DNA of 64,000 nucleotides, taken from positions 119,226,001 to 119,290,000 of the forward strand of contig OZ024741.1 of assembly GCA_964016885.1 (NCBI GenBank), in the 5' to 3' direction. The first letter of the stretch is position 1; the number at the start of each line of letters is the position of its first letter. The notes under the pieces were generated by a model. The model saw only the letters and a program-made list of their open reading frames with translations, was not told the origin of the DNA and did no database searches. Position numbers and translations under genes: made by a program. Below, one piece after another: positions 30,671 to 41,717 of the stretch. Origin of the DNA: Eledone cirrhosa. Its lineage: Eukaryota.

Positions 30671-31690
30671 TGCAGCAACATTTAACATCAAGGGTTACAG
30701 TATTTTTTTCCCTCCTTAGTGTCTGTAAAGTGTCTAATACTGGGCACTTTGCCACTAAGTCACTCACTGTCTTGTCAATTAAATATATTGAACCCTCAAC
30801 CTATGAAGAATAGAATGTATTTCTGAAAAGTAATTTTCAACTCAGTTGAGAAAGAAATAACATGAATTTATTGCAGTCACTCGGACAATTTTGAATAATA
30901 GTTCTTTCTTAAACATTGCAGCCATGTCATTAGCAGCTAATGATCGACAGCAATCTTTTCAAATGAACTATAATCTGCCGAAAATCTTTATGAGAATCAG
31001 TCAGTTATATAATCACTGCTAAATATATAATATATCAGCTCTATCCACGTAGTTGTAATAATTGAGACGTTTAGGAAAGCATAGATCAACATCATTTTTA
31101 CATCCACTTTTCCATGCTTGCATGGGTTAGACGAGTCCTCTCAAGTCAAGTATCCTCCTTCTTGTTTATTTTCTTTATCATCTCATTGGTGAGGTTTACC
31201 ATAGCAAGATCAGTTTTCACTACTTCTGCCCAATTCTTCCTTGATCTACCTGTACAACAGAATCACTCCACTTGGAATTCCTGGCACTTCTTCCCTCAAT
31301 GATCAGTATCCATGCACATTACATGTCCATACTACCGCAATCTTCTCTCTCGAACATTACATCTGAGTTACAATGTATTTTGTTGATTTTTTTTGGTGGG
31401 AAGTGGGGCAGAGTTATTGTCACCTGTGTGTGTGTGTGTTTGTCTAAGTAGATCAAATTACACATGTAGTGTATATTACATTCATACCTGTTGTATAACA
31501 CATCTAATCCTAGTGTGTACCACATCCAGCCTTAGTGCATATTCTAAGTGTTGTGGAGGTGGTCGCAGCAACAGCAGCAGTAGCAGCAGTAGTTGCTGCT
31601 GCTACTGCTGCTGTTGTTTAACTCTGTGATATGGCTGTTCTGATCAAGCAGACCTATGATCAAGAGTCATGAAGAAACAGCCAACAGGAA

Positions 31691-32115
31691 TCTAAACTAT
31701 AATAAAGCAAGGGCTGCGGGACTGCGTACGGTTTATTTATTTTAATCCAGTTAGTAAAATAAGTTGGATTACTTTGAATAATTGTTTCTACTTTTGGCAC
31801 AAGGCCAGCAATTACCCAGTACATTACTGGTACTTTATTTTATCGACCCCCTAAGGATGAAAGGCAAAGTTAACCTCGGCGGGATTTGAACTCAGTTCGT
31901 AAAGGGACGTAACTGTGCTGCAAAGCATGGCATCTGACCCTCTACCGATACTGCCAATCCACCACCTTAGCACATAAATTATGTAATATTCATTCATTAC
32001 TTTGAATAAATAATGAATGAATATTACATAATGTATGTGCTAAATTTCGTAAACAAATAATTTCGTAAAAATAAATAATCTAAAAATAATCTTTTCCAAG
32101 TTGCACTTCCGGTAT
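31691..32115 (+). mobile_element. 5' part of non-autonomous Helitron family B, interrupted by a SINE
   Basis: a|TCtaaactataataaag...gcgggactgcgtacggttt matches the reverse complement of about 33737-33944. Confidence 0.7.
31781..31966 (-). mobile_element. Full-length Deu/Nin-like SINE with 13-bp TSD
   Basis: Complete unit; attactttgaata on both sides (about 31768-31780 and 31996-32008). Confidence 0.88.
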
Positions 32116-32274
32116 ATCGCCGCCACCACCACCACCACTTCAACTACCATATATAGAGAAAGAGAGAGTGTGTGATGAGAGAGATAGAGAGATTATGATT
32201 TTCTACACACTGACGCGTATGAGTGTGCACATACAAACATCTATATGCATGAGTATATAACTATTATGAGTATA

Positions 32275-33217
32275 CTAGCAGAATGGCCCAGCGTTGCTCG
32301 GGATTCTAAACATAGATTGGCATGTTTATAGTTCCTTTCTGAAACAGTACAGAGAAGTACGGGATACCTCGGCCTGGGGATGTTGACTACATTTTGTGCT
32401 TATGAAAAAAATTCGTCGTAGATTACCAGGGGTTTAACTTAATTGGGTGCCTGAGAGTAAAATGTTCAACCCACAAAAGCCAAGACAATAGGGTTAAGTA
32501 AAAAGGCATTCGACAAACCGAATATGTATTTGTTGTACATTGAAAGCAATAGTTACAGGGCAGTAAGCATGTGGGACTGCAGTAGTGGAGAGTGGTGTGG
32601 TCTTACTCCTTTCAATGTTTCGTCGTATGTTCACCAATTGATGCAGAAGTCCTAATGAAAAGTGAAGTCGCCTTCGGTGAATAGGCAAATAATTTTCCAT
32701 TGCGATTTTTCAAAAGCATGTAATTGCGTCCCCTCTCTTTTTTGTTGTTGTTTTTGCTGCTGTTTATATTTTGTTTTTGTGCATACAAAAATATCTGTAC
32801 ACGAATATATATATATATATATTAAAATAACAGATTAAAGTTTAAGCAAAGAATCGTTGCTTTCACCCTTAATGGGATCTTCTGAAACTAAAAAATCAAT
32901 CTGTGAACGCAGAAGTAAATATTTAGAAAAACGTTACACACTATATATATATATACACACACTATATATACATATATACAAACACACACACACAGATAGC
33001 GTCATAATGTTGTAATGCAGACAGCCAGGCATACAGACAGATATTATAAGGGCGCGACGTTCGGTGCCTAATTGAAAATTTGAAATATGTTTTGCTCAAA
33101 ACACTCACACGACCATAAGTATTACATGTGTAAAGTTCGAAAACAATCGGTTGGGTGGTTCTCGAGTTTTAGGGTGTCAGACAGACAAACAGACATTCTC
33201 TGTTTTAGATATATAGA
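32275..33217 (-). mobile_element. Complete non-autonomous Helitron, family A
   Basis: Minus strand starts a|TCtatatatctaaaacagagaatgtctg and ends with the cccgagcaacgctggg hairpin plus ccattctgCTAG|t. Inserted between A and T with no TSD. Confidence 0.8.
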
Positions 33218-33463
33218 TAACTATAATGGCGCAAACACAATCTTATAAAAATACACACCCACGAACATAATTCACACAAATACACATACATTCACACAAA
33301 CATACATACATTCACACATATACATTTACACAAACACACACATAGTCATGATAACGTTCGTTTTAATTGGAAATGGGAGAGTAAAACAAGTATAACATTT
33401 TATTTATTTATTAACTCTTTATTTATTTATTAACTAGTTTTTTTTAAAACTCATTTAATATAA

Positions 33464-33944
33464 CTAGCAGAAAAACCACACTTCGGGTGGTTTTCTGCTA
33501 GCATGTGTAGTATGTATATTGATATTATACGCAAGTATATATGCATGTAGATATGATACATCAAATAAAACCGTAATTGACAATATACACAGAAATTGAA
33601 CGAAGACTGTTACACTGTTTTATGTAATCAGTAACGTAATCCATGATACATTAAAAAAAGACGATATTATATATAAACTGCATTAGGAGAAAATTAGTGA
33701 CAGAAATATATGAATACTTATTTAAACGATCGCTAACCGGAAGTGTTGATATTTGAAAATTTTAAAGAAGTGAATCTTTAAATAAGTAATAAAATATATT
33801 TAATGAACAGCCACGAAATTTAGTAGATAAATTATGTAATATTCATTCATTATTTATTCAAAGTAATCCAACTTATTTTACTAAGGGGATAAAAAATTAT
33901 AAACCGTACGCAGTCCCGCGCTTCTTACTTTATTATAGTTTAGA
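33464..33944 (-). mobile_element. Complete non-autonomous Helitron, family B
   Basis: 5' TCtaaactataataaag; 3' hairpin aaaccacccgaagtgtggttt plus ctgCTAG|t. Confidence 0.78.
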
Positions 33945-34254
33945 TTAAGCACTGTTGTACGCCCATTGATTAGATATATATAAATGTAATAGCATATAAA
34001 TCATGTCTGATACAGACACACACACATATATATTTATATATATATATATATACACACACACACATACATACCACACCACACCACACCACACACAAATCGT
34101 CTTCCAAAGTTAGTGAAGCTATTATTAATCCTCCCCGGATGAAGTAACTTGCAAATTCTTCGTAATTCATGAAATGCAATAATACATCTAACGGACACAC
34201 ACACACACACAAATATATCTATTCATACATGGACATATATATAGGTGTAATCAA

Positions 34255-34585
34255 GTCCAAAGTGTGCATGTGCAAAGGCTGGTCCAAAGTGCGCATGCGC
34301 AAAGTCCGGTCCCAAGTGCGCATGCACGAAATTTGGTCCCAAGTGCGCATGCGTGAAATTTGGTCTCAAGTGCGCATGTGCAAAGGCTGGTCCGTAGTGC
34401 GCATGTGCAACGGCCGGTCCAAAGTGCACATGTGCGAAGGCTGGTCCAAAGTTTGCATGCACAACGGCCGGTCCAAAGTGCGCATGCGCAACGGCCGGTC
34501 CAAAGTGCACCTGCGCGAAGTCTCCTCCCGAAAGGCGCCTGCGCGAAGTCTCGTCCGAAGTGCGCATGCGAAGTCTCGTCCGAAG
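34255..34585. repeat. GC-rich 27-bp minisatellite, about 12 copies, with TGCGCATGCGCA cores
   Basis: gtccaaagtgcgcatgcgcaaaggctg-like units starting at 34255, 34282, 34309 and onward. Confidence 0.9.
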
Positions 34586-34599
34586 TTTCATCGCTTTTC

Positions 34600-34800
34600 C
34601 ATCTCCATTATCGCCTTTTTTATAAATGTATCATGGATTACTTTACTGATTACAGAAGTAAGTGTAACACAGTCTTTGTTCAGTTTATGTGCATATTGTC
34701 AATTTACATATTATATCTATGTGCATATATATTTGCGTATATCAATATACACACCATATATGCTAGCAGAAAACTGCCCGTGAGGCTGTTCTTCTGCTAG
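34600..34800 (+). mobile_element. 3' part of Helitron family B
   Basis: Matches the reverse complement of 33464-33670; ends ttctgCTAG|t at 34797-34800. Confidence 0.72.
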
Positions 34801-35420
34801 TCAATATAACAATTGAAATAAGGAGATGAAATGAAAACATATTGCCTAGTAGTTAAGGTTGTTTGACTCGTGATCATAAGGTCATGGGTTTGATTCCTAC
34901 ACTGGGCTGTATGTTGTGTTCTTGAGCAAGACACTTTATTTCTCATTGCTTTTCATGACATGACTGAGGACCCTATCATTAAAAACACTCAACAAACCTC
35001 TTTTAGAGACACAGCCTTGTGAGAGGCCAGCTAAACTTATGTAAGAGTTTGCTGTAAATGTAATTCTCATTTTCAATCAGCAGTTAGGGTCATGGGATGA
35101 GTGGAGTGAGTCAATAGCCAATAGGAATTGCTGTAACAACTGTAGGGTCAGAGATTAGAGAGTGAAGGTCAATAACCAATAGGAATCAATGTATCAACTG
35201 TAATCAGGATAATCTAAAGCAATATATTTCTGAGATCTGCCATTCCAGTATTAAAGATATTAATTACACATGCCAAAAGTCCTTTTGTGAATAATTGGCA
35301 CTTCTGAGACAGCTGTCAGACCACTCACTTCTAGCAGTTATACATGTATATGAGTTTGTGTATGTGTCTGTATTTATGCACACACACACACACATATATG
35401 TATGTGTATATATATATTTA

Positions 35421-35462
<42 letters not shown>

Positions 35463-35824
35463 TATATATTATTATTACTATATATATATATATATATATG
35501 TATGTCTGTATATATTATTATTACTATATATATATATATATATAGTAATAATAATATATACATACATATATATATATATATATATATTATTATTACTATA
35601 TATTTATATATGTATATATATATTATTATTACTATATATTTATATATGTATATATATATTATTATTACTATATATTTCCAGCATAGTTACGTCCCTTTAC
35701 GATCTGAGTTCAAATCCCACCGAGGCTGACTTTGCCTTTCATCCTTACGGGGTCGATAAAATAAAGTACCAGTAATGCACTGGGTAATTGCTGGCCTTGT
35801 GCCTAAAGTAGAAACAATTATTAT

Positions 35825-35862
<38 letters not shown>

Positions 35863-36050
35863 GTATGTATATATATATTATTATTATTACTATATATATA
35901 TATAGTTATGCTTTGGGAGGGTCATGCTGCCAATAAGAAACCGATGCACCAGTTGTTTCAATTCTATTTATTATAAATTAAATTTATAAATTTAAGAATT
36001 TATAAATTTCCGGTTGGTTGGTTCCATAACCGGACAGTTCTTCATATATT

Positions 36051-36093
36051 GTCAAAGTTCTTTCGTCACACATTTTGTAACCTCTTCAGTGAC
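36051..36093 (-). ncRNA. Minimal hammerhead ribozyme motif in the PLE 3' pLTR
   Basis: Minus strand reads gtca-CTGAAGA-g-gttac aaaatgt gtgac-GAAA-GAAC-TT-tgac. Confidence 0.7.
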
Positions 36094-36304
36094 TGGGGAT
36101 TCTTTTCTTTGTTTTTGTGCCTCTCCTTTGTTCTGTCCTACGCCATCTTGTTTTTGTGTGTGCTGCGTGTTTAGTTTGCGCATGTGTTACATCCGGGTGT
36201 CTGTGTGTGTTTATATTTGTTTATTTATTTGTTTATTTATTTATTTATTTACATGTTACTGGTTGGTTGTTTGTTCTATGTGTGTGTGTGTTTTCATTTT
36301 GTCC

Positions 36305-36967
36305 TTAATTGTAAGTTGTGATGTTGCTATTCCATTCATGTTTTCTATTTAATTTTGGTTGGAGTTCATTTATGTTTATTGCCTCTGTGATTTGTCTAAA
36401 CATTGCATCTTTTCTGTGTGTAGATTCTATTTTTATTTCCATGTTCTCTAATTTGCCCTTATGTTCTATTTTAGCATGTTGGTGGAGTATTGATGATTCT
36501 TTTTTATTTTGAAGTTCTCGCCAGTGTTCATTTAACCGTTCTCCTATACTACGAGCTGTCTCACCTATGTACACTATATTCTTATCTTTACATTGTCCTT
36601 CAGTACATCTTATGCTATATACTACATTTCTAGTTTTACAGTTAATATGGGGGCTTAGTTTACAGATTATGCATTTCTTATCTATACAGGGAGGTCTTTG
36701 AAAAGGGTATGTATTTCTAATAAGTGTTTTTGTGGAGGTACCTGGTCTTTCTACTATCTTAATATTAAGTTTATGTTTATCTAGGGCTCTTCTAAATTTG
36801 TAAGCTAATTCACCTCTAGGGGTTGTATTGATGAACATTACACTCTGGTATTTATTGCTATCATACCATGAGTTTATTCTATTAACCTTATTCCTAGTTC
36901 TTTCTATTCTATTCCAAAATTTGCTCCTATACAAGAGGCAGGTCCTATTTGTATCATTATTTACCAT
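36305..36967 (-). CDS. PLE C-terminal Cys linker and GIY-YIG endonuclease, partial
   Basis: CIDKKCIICK...NVVYSIRC...YIGETARSIGERLNEH...RQITEAININELQPKLN. Confidence 0.88.
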   Translation of the reverse strand: MVNNDTNRTCLLYRSKFWNRIERTRNKVNRINSWYDSNKYQSVMFINTTPRGELAYKFRRALDKHKLNIKIVERPGTSTKTLIRNTYPFQRPPCIDKKCIICKLSPHINCKTRNVVYSIRCTEGQCKDKNIVYIGETARSIGERLNEHWRELQNKKESSILHQHAKIEHKGKLENMEIKIESTHRKDAMFRQITEAININELQPKLNRKHEWNSNITTYN

Positions 36968-36973
36968 TTACCA

Positions 36974-37412
36974 GGGGCGGTGGATTGGCAGTAATGGGTG
37001 AGGGTCGGACGCCATGCTTTGACGTATAGAGTTACGGCCCTTGCCATTCTGAGTTCAAATCCCGCCGAGGTTAACTTTGCCTTTCATCCTTACGGGGTCG
37101 ATAAAATAAAGTACCAGTAATGCACTGGGTAATTGCTGGCCTTGTGCCTATAGTAGAAACAATTATTACTATATATATATTATTATTATTATTATTACTA
37201 TATAGGGCGGTGGATTGGCAGTATCGGTAGAGAGTCGGACACCATGCTTTGACACCATGCTTTGAAGCACAGAGTTACGTCCCTTTACGATCTGAGTTCA
37301 AATCCCGCTGAGGTTAACTTTGCCTTTCATCCTTACGGGGTCGATAAAATAAAGTACCAGTAATGCACTAGGTAATTTGCTGGCCTTGTGCCTAAAGTAG
37401 AAACAATTATTA
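36974..37412 (+). mobile_element. Two full-length young Deu/Nin-like SINEs (36974-37168, 37205-37412)
   Basis: Near-consensus copies. A 5'-truncated copy lies at 35679-35825. Confidence 0.9.
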
Positions 37413-37653
37413 TTACTATATATAGCCCTGTCCATTGTTCAATTGGTCAAATATAGATTAAAATAGGCACTCCCAAAAATTTTTATTTAGATAAAATAAG
37501 CCATATACTCATTGTATTCTCATTAAAAACCTTCTATATACTTGTTTACCAGCAAATTGAATTGCTATCTGTCATATACTATCCCCTCTCTTCTTCCTTT
37601 CTTACAACTAATATAAATACTTCAATTTTTCTGATTTTTTCCAATTTATCCAA

Positions 37654-37772
37654 TATCTCTGAAGAAGTGACAACTGATTATACATTTGCTATCGAATACT
37701 TGCTAACATTATATGTTTACGCGAGCAGTGATACATGGGTATTCCGTCTGTTACAGAAACAAATGTCAATAC
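37654..37772 (+). ncRNA. Hammerhead-like motif with long loop II and weak stem I
   Basis: CTGAAGA-a-gtgaca...tgttac-a-GAAAC-AAAT-GTC. Confidence 0.5.
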
Positions 37773-37802
37773 CTAATATAAAAATTCGCTGCCTCCCACC
37801 AT

Positions 37803-38597
37803 GGAGGCAGCAAATTTTTCAGTGCTTAGAATCTAGCCCCGCTCGATTTTTTCGCTTTTTTCTATCCACTTGAATTATTGTTATATAAGCTTCCAGTGTC
37901 CCCGCATTGCCTGGTGGCTTAGCTGAGAACAGACTCCCTGATGACGTAAGGCTTCTCTACAGGTATTACATAACTGTATTTATCCCCTTACAGAAACTAA
38001 TTAGTTGGAGTGAAATTTTAGTAAATAAGTCAATTTTCATAACTTTCTTATTTACGTCTTTCATATAATTGTTCTGCATTCCCCTGCATAGAACTACAAA
38101 GTTACTAAGACAAAACATATATATCTGCTAGCGTAGGTATGCATCTGTATACATATGTCGGTAGATATATTAATTCTTTATATTCTTCTCCAAATTATTT
38201 GTTGAGCAAAATTTGCCAAATTACTACTGTGACTGATAGTAGTAGCTAGGCTCTGTCTTAATAGCACCCCCACTCCAAGCTGGTTAACCTCAGTGTCACG
38301 TGATTAATTCTTTTGAATTTACCACTTGACCAAGGAGGCAGCGAATTTTTCAGTGCTTAGAATCTAGCCCCGCTCGATTTTTTCGCTTTTTTCCATCCAC
38401 TGAATTATTGTTATATAAGCTTCCAGTGTCCCCGCATTGCCTGGTGGCTTAGCTGAGAACAGACTCCCAGATGACGTAAGGCTTCTCTACAGGTATTACA
38501 TAACTGTATTTATCCCCTTACTGAAACTAATTAGTTGGAGTGAAATTTTAGTAAATAAGTCAATTTTCATAACTTTCTTATTTACGTCTTTCATATA
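37803..38597 (+). mobile_element. Non-coding direct-repeat element with an HHR in each repeat (retrozyme or non-autonomous PLE-like)
   Basis: Near-identical ~265-bp repeats at 37803-38067 and 38334-38597; HHR cores are 530 nt apart. Confidence 0.75.
37933..38011 (+). ncRNA. Type I hammerhead ribozyme motif (second copy 38463-38541 has CAGATGA)
   Basis: actcc-CTGATGA-c-gtaagg...ccttac-a-GAAA-CTAATTAG-TT-ggagt. Confidence 0.7.
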
Positions 38598-38669
38598 TGT
38601 ATGTATATATATATTATTATTATTACTATATATATATATATATATATGTATTATATATATTATTATTAT

Positions 38670-38709
<40 letters not shown>

Positions 38710-38727
38710 TATATATATTATTATTAT

Positions 38728-38765
<38 letters not shown>

Positions 38766-38908
38766 TATATATATTATTATTATATATATATATATATGTA
38801 TTATATATATTATTATTATATATATATATATATATGTATTATATATATTATTATTATTACTATATATATATATATATATATATGTATTATATATATTATT
38901 ATTATTAC

Positions 38909-38939
<31 letters not shown>

Positions 38940-39003
38940 ATTACTATATATATATATATATATATTATTATTACTATATATATATATATATATATATATA
39001 TGA

Positions 39004-39307
39004 TTAAGTTAAAAATGTACATCCACATATGTATAGTGAAATACTAGTATGCATATGAATACACACACGTATACATATGTAGATGTACCGAGTTTTTCAC
39101 TGGTCACTTTACTGTGAGTGTCCAGCTATTCTGTATGTAAACACACAGACAAACCGGTTTGTCTGTGTGTTTACATACAGAATAGCTGGACACTCACAGT
39201 AAAGTGACCAGTGAAAAACTCGGTACATCTACATATGTATACGTGTGTGTATTCATATGCATACTAGTATTTCAGTATACATATGTGGATGTACATTTTT
39301 AACTTAA
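39004..39307. repeat. ~304-bp spacerless palindrome
   Basis: Centre aaacc|ggttt at 39155/39156; I see one mismatch between the arms. Confidence 0.92.
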
Positions 39308-39482
39308 TTGTTTAAGCGTCAGTCATACAAAAGTGAGTTACAAACGAAACAAAATTTAATTTCGTTTCGTTATTTGTTTTTATATATATATGTATATATA
39401 TATATATTTATTATATTATTATTCCTTGCAAGCAGGGAAAAGCGGCAGTAAAATGATGATGTTGATGATGATGATGTATGTA

Positions 39483-39541
<59 letters not shown>

Positions 39542-39560
39542 ATGTATGTGTGTGTATATA

Positions 39561-39598
<38 letters not shown>

Positions 39599-41717
39599 AT
39601 TGTACGGGGAAAAAAAAAAAGCACCCAGCACTCACTGTAAATGAGGTTGGTGTTAGGAAGGGCATCCAGCTGTAGAAATCAAGCCAGAATCAGTTCCCGT
39701 ATGAGTAAGACAAGGTCAGCCGACCGGACACTGCCCACAACAGGACAACCCGTCTAACCCATGCTAGTGTGGAAGAACGGACGTAAACGGTGATGATGAT
39801 GATGATGATATATATATATATATGTGTATGTGTGCTCCATCTACTGAAAAATAATTCTCTAACAATAATCTGTCTTGCATGTGGGAGTGATAAAGAGAGG
39901 AGAATGGAGAAAGAGAAAGATACATAAAAGATATGGAGAGTGTGGGAAAAAATGACCAAAGAGAGAAAGGAAGAGAAAGAGAAGAAAGTGAGGTAGAGAA
40001 AGTGGAAGAGAGGAGAGAAACAGCGAGAGAAGGGGTGGGGGTTTAAACAATAACTCATCTTTAGTTGGAGAACTGAAGTAAGCCAGTGGCAGGCTGGGGT
40101 AGTTATTAAAGGAAAGACTGGGTATAATTTCATTTGAAGACATAATGTTTTGTGTAGCACAGGATTGTGTCTTTAAAATAGGAGATTGTAAGTTCAGAGT
40201 GTCCTATAAACAACTCAGAGACAATGACACTTTACTTTTCTTGCCTAATGCTTTCATATTTCATCATCATTGCCATCTTATATCTGCTTTTCCAGGCTTG
40301 CCTGATTTTTGATGAGTCCTCTCTAATACAGCATCCCTCCATTCATTGTATTACTTCGTCATCTCCACTGTGAGCCTCAGTGATTTGAGATTAGTTCTCA
40401 CCACCTCTACCCAGCTCTTCCGTGTTCTTCCACTACTGCCACTACCTTCCACTGGCACTTCTTTATGAAATTATTGTTTTTTTACATCGTTGGAATGAAT
40501 GGGGAGTAGCTGATTTGAATTAACCCCAGTACATAACTGGTAGTTTCTTTTGCTCTCAGATCACTAAAAGATGAAAGACTAAAAAAAAACAACCCAGCAC
40601 TCAAAGAGATTTTAATTCAGAATATTATTCTGTTTTAATGTTCTCCATGATAGCATTGGTTAGATGGGAATAGTTGAGGTAGTGCTTTAACAACGAGATG
40701 TCTTTCCTGACACCAATCCTTTTAGTTACCTCTTACAACACACAGATATTTAATGTGTCTATTCTGAAAATCATGGATGCAGCATGACCAAATGGTAAAG
40801 AAGTTTGCTATGCAATCATTAGGTCATGGGTTCGTTCTCCACACTGTGGCATCTTGGGCATGTGTCATTTAACATAACATCAGGTTGACCCATGCCATTT
40901 GAGTGAAATTTGGTAGATAGAAACTATTAGGAAGCCGTTCAGATGAACTGTACCAGTAATTCCAAGGGCCACTCTTGTCACACACTGTTGACTTCCATGG
41001 AATCTAAACTCAGAATATAAAGTACTGAAATAGTTTAGTCAGGTGTCAGAATTCTCTATTGAGAATTCTTTATCTGCAATAGAGAATTCATAGCACCCTC
41101 ACCTCCCTCGCATATACATATACTGTCACTGAATTAACTGTCAATTTCATTAAAGACATTTATTATCTCTAATTACCTTAAGTATCATTGATAAATCAAG
41201 AAACCATCGATGAACAGTATATTTTGATTAGATATTAATACATCTGTCAAATACATCTGGCTGATGACCCCTCTAGACAAGCAAGCAACAAATAAATAAA
41301 ATATTTCTGTTTCTGTACATATCAAGATACTGGTGTTTATGACATGACAGACACAAGCCATTGATAGAACCTCTATATGGTTGATTGAAAAAATGAAAGG
41401 AGCCAACCACCAGATTGGACCAAGGAAACTATGTTTCCATTGGTCTTTCCATTACTGATACTATCTGTTGGTCACAACTTCTGGCAAGTTGAGGTGGGAT
41501 TTGAATTGAGAACACTCAGAGCACTCAAAGCATCTAGTTTGACTCTGCCAATTCTGCCAATTCATCACTCTTTGACTAGTGCTTTATTTATTGATCCAGA
41601 AAGGAAAAATAGCAAAGTTGGTGTAGGTGTGATTTGAAAACAGAACCTAAAGAGCTGGGACAATTACGCAAAGCTTTGTGTTTGAAGCTCAAACACATTT
41701 GCCAATCGACTACCATA

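Larger units (their letters stand above)
35905..36967 (-). mobile_element. 5'-truncated Penelope-like element (linker, GIY-YIG endonuclease, 3' pLTR with HHR)
   Basis: ORF plus downstream HHR; 3' end abuts (TA)n. Confidence 0.85.

Noticed and set aside
32494-32700. Helitron helicase remnant or captured gene in the 68-aa ORF
   Set aside because: Only faint resemblance to PIF1 motifs; cannot be supported without a search.
34169-34800. Repetitive ORFs (KVRMRN..., AHAHFGP...)
   Set aside because: Consequence of the 27-bp minisatellite being open in several frames.
38437-39047. ORFs starting in the HHR repeat
   Set aside because: They run into microsatellite; the element appears non-coding.
39180-39230. 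HHR within the 304-bp palindrome
   Set aside because: A stem followed by GAAA is present, but no recognisable CUGANGA box.
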